This document shows, in pieces, positions 55,108-64,000 of a stretch of DNA of 64,000 nt. Position 1 is the first letter of the stretch; the number at the start of each line of letters is the position of its first letter. The position numbers were made by a program, and so were the translations under genes. The notes beneath the pieces were generated by a model that made no database searches, was not told the DNA's origin, and saw only the letters and a program-made list of their open reading frames with translations. The DNA comes from Neocallimastix sp. 'constans'. Lineage: Eukaryota. The stretch is taken from assembly GCA_050613775.1 (NCBI GenBank), contig JBODTK010000107.1, positions 372,001-436,000 on the forward strand, given 5' to 3'.

Positions 55108-55851
55108 CAATACTATTTAATTCTATATTTATATATAATGTCATAATTTGAACTATATTCAATGAATAGCCAACAATTAATTATTAAAAGTTATATAATT
55201 TGAAATATCTTGATCCTTATAATTGCTAAAAAAAAAATAAAGAATAAAATAAAGACCAAAAAGGATATAAAAAGATAATTAATTTGTCATATAAATAATT
55301 ATATATTTACCTTTATAGCTTCAATAGCATATTCAACTTGAAACAATCTACCTTCTGGAGAGAATGTGTTAACACCTCTATCATACTGTTTAAATTAAAG
55401 ATACAATAATAATAATAACAATAAAAAATAAAGAAAGAATAACAGTGTTAAAATAAAACATATACAATTTCAATTTAAATTTCTTATTAATTTTATGAAT
55501 ATAATTAAAATGTAGTTTTATAAAATATTTTTTTTATAAAATTTTTGGTAAATTCAAATTATAAATATAAAAAAATAATGATATATAACTATTATTAACT
55601 ATTTTTTTTTCATTGCATTTTCATTATTTTTTCTAATCATTTATATTAAAAACTTAAATCTTTTTTTAAAAGAAATTCTATTATAAGATGTACAACATTA
55701 AATTATAGATTTCTGAATCATTTTTAAAATTAAATATTGGTTATATATTTATTAATTTCATTAAAAATACTGGAAATTTACTTAAAATTACATCTCTCTC
55801 TTTTTTTTTTTTTTTATTTAATTAATTTATTATATACATAATTTCAATTTA

Positions 55852-55882
<31 letters not shown>

Positions 55883-56039
55883 TTTGAAATGAAAAATGTT
55901 ACAAAGAAATGAAAAGAACAAGATAAAGAATAAAAGAGAAAAAAAAAAAAAAAAAAAAAGAATTTTTAAATTTTAACTTTAAAAATTTAAACAATTATTT
56001 ATATAATAATAAAATTACTTCAGATCTAGTTAAAAACAT
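53273..56039 (-). CDS. PUP2: 20S proteasome subunit alpha-5, 7 exons (first exon 56039-56019)
   Basis: [114 protein letters not shown]. Confidence 0.97.
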
Positions 56040-56444
56040 CTTAGACTATTACTATTAATTAACTTTATTTAATTAATTTTAATAAAGTATTTCTCAATAG
56101 AACGAATTATTCTGATTAATTGAATTATATTGTTGAAAAATGTAAATTTCTAAAATAAATTTACTTTTTGTTATTTTAAAAAATAAAAATTATTAAATTA
56201 TATAATAAGAGATTTAATTAAATTATATTAAATATATTATATAAATTATGAATTATTAATTAAAAATATAATTTATATATATTTTATATATTTTAATATA
56301 AAAATTTTTTTATCATTTTTTTAATAAATTAATTTATTTTTTTTTTTTTATTAAATTTTATTTAAAAAAATAATATAAAAATTAAGAAATACCAAAAAAA
56401 AAAAAAAAGACAAAGAAGAAAAAAGAATAATAAAAATAAAAAAA

Positions 56445-57893
56445 ATGAAATCTTTTTTAATAAATGCATTAAATAATCTTTTTGGATATGCAAATATTGA
56501 TTTATACATTATAAGTAGTAGGCCAGAGAAAGAAGCGTTGTATTCGAAAAAGCAAATTAATAAAAAGAAAAAAGAAAATTACAATATATATGATATGAGA
56601 AATGTTTTAATATTAGCTGCAAACAAAAATAGAAATAAATTAGATGAAAAAAACTATGATACTATTTTCAATTCAGGAATTCTTTGTAATGAATATATAA
56701 ATTTGGAAGAAAACAAAGTAATATTATACATATCAAAAATAGACACTTCAGGTTGGGAAAATCTCAAAAGACAACCTCTTTCTCTTATACGGGCAATTAT
56801 ATTAGGCTATTTGAGTTATTACCAAAACTTATATAAAGATACAGGTGTAAGTGTTACTCTTCACCTATACACAAGAGCAAAACCAAATTATCTTTTTCCT
56901 ACTTCAGATGATGCCAATAATACAGATAAACACGTTTTAACAGATTCTGAATTAATAAATTGGTGGATAAAAACTTTGTCGCATTATCCAAAAGTTTTTA
57001 TTCCTGAAAGTGGATATTGGTATTGTCCTACAGGTGAAAGAATAGGTCATTTACAAACAGTTATGAATGAAAACCATAATGAAGATATTAAAAATGCATT
57101 GAAAATTAATACATCCATATGTCCCTGGACTTGGGGATATCCATTTGAAAAATCATCGTATGCTCTTGAAACCATTCCTCAGTTCCCGGATGATCCTAAG
57201 AATTCATTACTTCACAGTAAGAAAAGAGCATCACTTATTCATGAAAGAACAACTGTAAGAGAGTTTTTTGAATATTTAGCAATTGAAAATTTATCTGGAA
57301 CTGTTTCTGCATGTATGATTTTAAATATTCTCTCTTCATCAGAGAAAAAAAAGGATTTTAAAAAGAATAATTCACAAGTTAATATAGATAAAGTAGACTA
57401 TGATAAATTAATTGATTATGTATTATCACTTAATTATGCGTTAGAAGAAGATGCTGAAAATTCTTCAAAAGCTCTTCATGAGTATTTACAACAATTAGTA
57501 AAGCAAAAGAAAATTATTCATTTTAATTATAAATTAAATAAGGAATTTGAGGAGGAAGAAGAGGAAGAAAAAGAAGAAGAAAAAGAAAAAGGTATAAAGT
57601 TTTCTGAAGCAATCCATGTAAATAATTTACAAGGAAGTATTAAAAGAAAAAATGTAAATGATATTCAAGGATTAATAAAAAAGAAGAAAATAACTTCAAC
57701 ACAAGAATCAAATAATAATTGTATTAATAATTTGCAAGGCTTAGTTAAAAGAAAAAAAGTCACAACTTCACAAGATTCAGCTAATAATATTAATAATATT
57801 CAAGGTCTATTAAAGAGAAAGAATCCAACTGTTCAAAAATCTACAAACAATGTTAACGATGTTCAAGGACTCATTAAAAGAAAACAAAAATAA
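56445..57893 (+). CDS. RTT109: Histone H3K56 acetyltransferase Rtt109 (KAT11), single exon
   Basis: YISKIDTSG, LYTRAKPNYLFP.S...KHVLTDSELINWW, IPQFPDDPK, EFFEYL; basic C-terminus. Divergent from PUP2, with about 400 bp between start codons. Confidence 0.9.
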   Translation: MKSFLINALNNLFGYANIDLYIISSRPEKEALYSKKQINKKKKENYNIYDMRNVLILAANKNRNKLDEKNYDTIFNSGILCNEYINLEENKVILYISKIDTSGWENLKRQPLSLIRAIILGYLSYYQNLYKDTGVSVTLHLYTRAKPNYLFPTSDDANNTDKHVLTDSELINWWIKTLSHYPKVFIPESGYWYCPTGERIGHLQTVMNENHNEDIKNALKINTSICPWTWGYPFEKSSYALETIPQFPDDPKNSLLHSKKRASLIHERTTVREFFEYLAIENLSGTVSACMILNILSSSEKKKDFKKNNSQVNIDKVDYDKLIDYVLSLNYALEEDAENSSKALHEYLQQLVKQKKIIHFNYKLNKEFEEEEEEEKEEEKEKGIKFSEAIHVNNLQGSIKRKNVNDIQGLIKKKKITSTQESNNNCINNLQGLVKRKKVTTSQDSANNINNIQGLLKRKNPTVQKSTNNVNDVQGLIKRKQK

Positions 57894-59020
57894 TAAGGAA
57901 TTACAATGATTTATATCATATTGTATGATTAAATGAAAGAAATAATTATTTTTATTTCCTTTGGAGCAAAATTATTAAATATTTTAAAAGTTTTATAAAA
58001 TAATGTATTAATCTTTTTTATAATATAAAAATTTATTATGTAATTTTAGTTCTTAGAATCAATAAAATAATATATTAGAAATTAATAGAAAAAAAAAATA
58101 TATATATATATATATATTTATATATGTACATATACTTTTATATAATTAATTTTGTATATCATATTATAAAAACAATTATGCATATACCTACCTGTAAAAT
58201 AAAATTTAAAATTAATCTCTATTTTTTAATATTTCTTAATCTTTATTTTTTTCTTTTCTTCTTTCCTTATTTTATTTTTTTTTCCTTTTTCCTTTTTTTT
58301 TTTTTTAAAAAAAATTTGAATCAAAATAATTATTAATATTTTTATTTTCTATTTAATCTTTGTATATTTAAATATATATATATATTTTTAATATTGTTTA
58401 TTTATTTATTTATTATTATATTATTATTATTATTATTATTATTTTTTAAAAAAAGTTACTTTCCTTAAAGTTAAATGAATAAATTATTTATTTTCATTTT
58501 CTTTTAAATAATAATGTTTCACTATTTAAATTTTTATAAACACTTATATTTGTAAATGAATAATTGTTTATAAAATTTTGAAAATAGTTACTAATTATCT
58601 TTCCATATTACTTTAAAGATAGTACATATTAAATTTTCATATTCTTCCTTTCATAATAAATATATTCATTAATCTTCTATACTTAAAAATTATTTATTGT
58701 TATTCTAATATTGGAAATTAATATATATAATTTATTATTAGCATCATTAATGTTTTCAATTATTGTTACTAATCTTATTTTTTTTTTTTTTTTTTTTAAT
58801 ATTTGATGTATGTATAACTATACTATTTTTATTAATAAAAAGGTGATTATATACATCAAAAGAGTTAATAAACTAAAATTAATTACATTTTTAGAGTCCA
58901 GTTAATCCTATTATTTTATTTGTTGTTATTTTTATTTTTATTATTTAAATATATTTTTAATATTGAAAATATGTATATTTATTAATTTATTTAATAATTT
59001 ATTTATTAATATATTTATTT

Positions 59021-59055
<35 letters not shown>

Positions 59056-60466
59056 CTATTATTGGTAATGTAATTATCATTAATATATTTATTTTCATAA
59101 TTATTATCATTAACATCCTCATATTATCATTATTATTGTTAAGTATAATATTATCATTTTAATCATAAATTATTAATTATTATTAATTAAATTAATAAAG
59201 TTTAATTACCTCACATTACACAAGCTTATGTTGATTAAATTTATTAGATTTAAATTCTTTCAAACTTTTATATGAATTTGTCAATATATTTATTTTAATT
59301 ATAATTAATTATATTTATATTTTTATTTATTTATTTTTTTTTATAAGCCTTTCATAAATAATTATATAGTTAATAACAAAAAAATTTTTTTATAATCACG
59401 TTTCTTAATTTATTATTTATGTGGCTAGAATTCATATTTAGTAAAATTTTTATTTTCAGTAAAATAAGGTAAAAAAAAGAAGCATAACAAATTACACTTT
59501 ACAATTAAAATTAATAATATAAATATAAATCCAATAATTTTATTATTATTAAGCTTTAATGACCTTGCTATCAACTTTTTTTTTTTTTTTTTTTTGAAGA
59601 TTTCTATAAAAGGAAAAACCTTAACGTGGCTTGAAAAGATTATTAAAATTATAAATTTAATAAAAAAAAAAATAAAAATAAAAAATAAGAACCAATATCA
59701 TAATTAACTAAAATAATTTTAAAAATTTTCTTTTTTTTCTTTTCTTTTTCTCTGAAAACTCTAAAAAAAAAATTAAATAATATTATTAAATAATATTATT
59801 TAAAATAAATTACAAAAAATATATATATATATATTTATTTTAAAATACATTTATTTATTTTATATACTTTTTTTTATTTCTTGAAAGTGCATAAATTTTT
59901 GTTTTAATAATAAGAAAAAATAATAAATAATACAAATAAAATTTAAAAAAAAAAAAGAAAAAATCTAAAAATTAATAAAAACATAGCAATTAACTTGTTT
60001 TAATAAAGTTTATATAACAAGTTTAATTTTTGTTAAAATTGTATAATCACATACATATAAAAATTTTATATATTATCTTAATTTGTTATTATTATTTAAA
60101 TATATATAAATATTATTTTATATTTTATTAGAATAATATTTAATTCATTATTAAAAGAAAAAATAAAAAAATAATATAAAGGGATAAACAAAAATATATC
60201 ATATAATTATTTAATATTAATATCCAATATATATATCAATAACTATTATATATCAATAATTAAGAAAAAAAATTATATAAAATAAACTAAGGTAAATTTT
60301 AATAATTAATAAAAAATATATATTAGAACGAAAAGAAATTTTAAATTATTTATTTATTTATTATAATGCTCTACTATTTTTATTTATATTTTATTATTAT
60401 TATCTTTTTTTTTTTTTTTTTTTCAAAGTCCTTTGTTTATTAAATTAATATTATATTGTTTTTAGC

Positions 60467-60836
60467 ATGAGTGATTATCAAAAATATTTTTGGAGACGCT
60501 CATCTCCTCAGCTTTCAAGGTATATATAATAGATATCCCTAAATAAATAAAATATTATTCCGAATGAATTAAATTATTTTTAAATAAAATTAAGAAATGG
60601 ATATCAATAAAAACAACTTGTTTATACTAAAATAATATACTTTTACCTATATTTATCTATATTTATTTTTATTATTAATAATAAAAAAGTAAACGTTTAT
60701 CGAAAACTCAGTTAGATGAACATGGGCTTCCAACAGAAAGGTATGATTATTGATTTATTTAAAAGTATAATAAAAGTATTAAAAATTAATTTTATATATT
60801 TCTTGTTTTAAAAAAATAAAATTTAGCAAAGGAATA

Positions 60837-60867
<31 letters not shown>

Positions 60868-62007
60868 TGCAAAATTATATATATATTATTTAAACTTTTA
60901 TATATTATATAACTTTATTAATAATTGTATTTAAAATAATATTTTCAATTGAAATATGTTAATAAATATAATTTAAATAATATAATGAATATAAAGAAGT
61001 TATTCACCTACTGGAAGTAATTCACCTCATCTAAGTAATTCTTCTCAGCAATTTAAGGATTATTTAAGCGCTACAGATTGTGATTGGAATGATGATCTTG
61101 ACGAGTTTGATCCTAATGATATTGAAAAATTAAAAAGAAATACTTTAACTTCTTTATCATCAATAGATATTCCAATGATGTCATTTGGTAATAACAGTAA
61201 TTTGAGTTCGCCTATCGAATCTACAAAACGTAATTAAAATATAATAAATTTTCATAATATATTTTTTTTAAATAACATGAAATACTTCATATATATACTT
61301 CAAAAATTTAAATTAATTCAAGAAGATACCTTTGATAAAACTATTAATAATTAATTACGAAATTTAATTATTAACAAAATTCTATATATCTATATATATA
61401 TATATTAGATAAATCTATTGACGAAAAAACAGCAAATGAAATTGCAAGGATAAATAATGATATAGTTCGATTTAAAAAATTTGAAGCATTACTAAAAGAA
61501 CCTAATGTTGATATAGGTATGTATAAAATAATGGATATATTTTTTATAAAAGTTAACTTCATTATTAATATAATTAAGCAAATTTATATTAATATCTCTA
61601 ACAACAATAATAATAATGATAATGATTATAATTATAATTTAGTGAAATTAAAAAAATTATCATGGTCGGGTATTCCGGAAGAATGTAGGCCCGAAGCATG
61701 GCAAATACTTATGGTATATATCAATTATTTAATATATTAATTAAATAAAATAATATATAATAAATATAAATTTACTTGTTTAATAAATTTTGAATAAATA
61801 TTAAAAAAGGGTTATTTACCATGCAATTCGAATGAAAGGGAATATGTTTTAAAGACAAAAAGAAATGAATATGTTAAATTAGTTAAAGAAACATTTAAAA
61901 ATGGAACATCCAGATTGAATCAATCTATATATCATCAAGTAAATATAATATTATAAATAAATGATAATTGAAATATAGATAAGCGTTTAATAATATATAT
62001 ATTGTAT

Positions 62008-62043
<36 letters not shown>

Positions 62044-63502
62044 AATCTAATATTTCCAAAGATTCATATTGATGTACCAAGAACAAATCCAGATATACCA
62101 CTATATCAAAATCCAATTATTCAAGAAGTAATAATTTTTTTATAATAAAATTTTGAAAAAATATTAGAATTAAAATATTAATCATTTTTAAATTTATAAA
62201 TTAATAAAAAAAAAAAAATAGTCATTAGAAAAAATATTATATTGCTGGGCTATACAGCATCCTACTATTGGATATGTACAAGGAATTAATGATTTAATTA
62301 CCCCTTTCTATCATGTTTTTTTATCAAAATATATACGTGAGTTATAAAAATCAATAAAGAAATGCATTTATTATTATAATTAATTAAGTCTTCTAATTTT
62401 ATTAATTGTATTTTTTATTAATAAATTATAGCTCTAAAAAGTATTAGTAGATTTGATTTTTATAGTTTTCCGAAAGAACAATTAACGATTGTTGAAGCTG
62501 ATTCATTTTGGTGTTTAACTATTTTATTAGATGAAATTCAAGTAAATATTAATTGAGTTGAGTTATAATATATAATATAGAATGTTAAAAATAAAAATTA
62601 AAAATAATAATAATACAATTATAAGGCATATTAAAACCTACCAATATCATTAATAATTTTATATTTATTTTTTTTCTAATAATAGGATAATTATATACAT
62701 GCACAACCAGGAATTGTACGTCAAGTAGAAAAAATGAATGAATTGACTAACCGTATTGATGGTAAATAGAAAATTAATAATTATATATATATATAATTAA
62801 TATACCTTAATTGTAATAAAATTTTTTAAAATTAAACGATATATTTGTATTTTTATATAATACTAATATAATTTACTTTAAATGTTAGAACCATTATATA
62901 ATCATTTAAAGGAAGAAAATGTTAATTTCTTACAGTTTGCGTTTAGATGGATGAACTGTTTACTTATGAGAGAAATTTCATTACCAAATATTATAAGAAT
63001 GTGGGATACCTATCTTGTATGTTTAACAAATATTCCTTTTTTATTTTTAATATTATCATCATTAATAATATTAATATTATTATTATTGTATTAGTAGTAG
63101 TAGTAGAAATCATTACAAATATATTATTTATTTTATATAATATTTATATATATTAATTAATTAATTATTTTATTTAATTATTTATTTTGATTTAATCTAA
63201 AATATTTATGATTTGAAAAAAAAAATCATTCATTAATAAACTATTTATATAATTAGTGTGAAGCTAATGGTTTTTCAGAATTTCATACTTATGTTTGTGC
63301 AGCCTTATTAGAAAAATGGTCAAAGGAATTAATCACACAAGAATTTCAAAACATAATTATATTTTTACAACATATACCTACAAAGAATTGGACAGATAAT
63401 GATATTGAACTTCTGTTATCAGAAGCATATATGTATAAATCATTGTTTCATGATTCACCAAATCATTTAAATCATATTACATGCACTAAAATAAAAATAT
63501 AG
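60467..63502 (+). CDS. GYP1: TBC-domain Rab GTPase-activating protein Gyp1/TBC1D22, about 12 coding exons
   Basis: LKKLSWSGIPEECRPEAWQILM|GYLP, IHIDVPRTNP (IxxDxxR), GYVQGINDLITPF (YxQ), EADSFWCL, DNYIHAQPGI, LQFAFRWMNCLLMRE..RMWDTYL, LLSEAYMYKSLF. The ATG directly follows a TTTTAG acceptor, suggesting a 5'UTR intron. Confidence 0.93.
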
Positions 63503-64000
63503 TATTTAAAAATTGAACATATTAAAAAGATAAAATATTAATTAACTAAATAAATAAGTGAAAAAAAAATTTTTTTTAAAAAAAAAAAATAAATAAGAAA
63601 CACTGATAAACAAAATAAAATTATCAAGTAAAAAAAAAAAAAAAAATCAACATAAATATATTTTAATATACGATAATCACAAATCATATTATATTAATTA
63701 AAAATTATTAATCATTCTAATTATTTTAATAGTAATTTTAAAAATATAATTTTTTTTATTAATATTTTATTTTCACAAGAAACATTAGACTATATAATAA
63801 TATATTAATAAATATAACAAGATTCTTTTTATTATTATTATTATTATTATTAGTTTATATTATTTTATTTATTAAAAATAATGATAATAATAAAATAAAT
63901 AAAAAAGAAAAGGAAAATACTAATTATAATAATAATAATAAATTAAATTAAAAAAGAAAAAAAAAAGTTTTTGTTACGCATTTTATCTCCTTTATAACTA

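Overview
Extremely AT-rich, intron-rich eukaryotic DNA with short GT-AG introns, long poly(A/T) runs and (TAA)n tracts. The gene content (RTT109, fungal-type ASH1, TM-RGS, Flightless-like gelsolin) fits an early-diverging zoosporic fungus, most likely an anaerobic gut fungus (Neocallimastigomycota); this assignment is inference. I reconstructed 15 protein-coding genes by hand: a Flightless-I-like gelsolin-repeat protein with no LRR domain, two hypothetical (possibly flagellar) proteins, a TM-RGS, LSM2, a MINPP1-type phytase, a small RING protein, a C9orf85-like protein, SEC17, a tetraspanin, an ASH1-like H3K36 methyltransferase with a hierarchical 48-nt/621-nt coding repeat, a degenerate P-loop protein, PUP2, RTT109 and GYP1/TBC1D22. 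Mobile DNA comprises a decayed LINE (APE plus partial RT), a family of GG-ended MITEs with 8-9 bp TSDs and GCATTTCG cores, and a three-level nest at 19.9-21.1 kb (old MITE > poly(A)-tailed retroposon > younger MITE). Three non-coding GC-enriched islands (about 14.9-15.2, 19.9-20.6 and 48.75-48.97 kb) show end-to-end or multi-hairpin pairing with G-U pairs on the + strand; they are candidate structured RNAs that I could not assign to a family. All splice models and RNA folds were read by eye.
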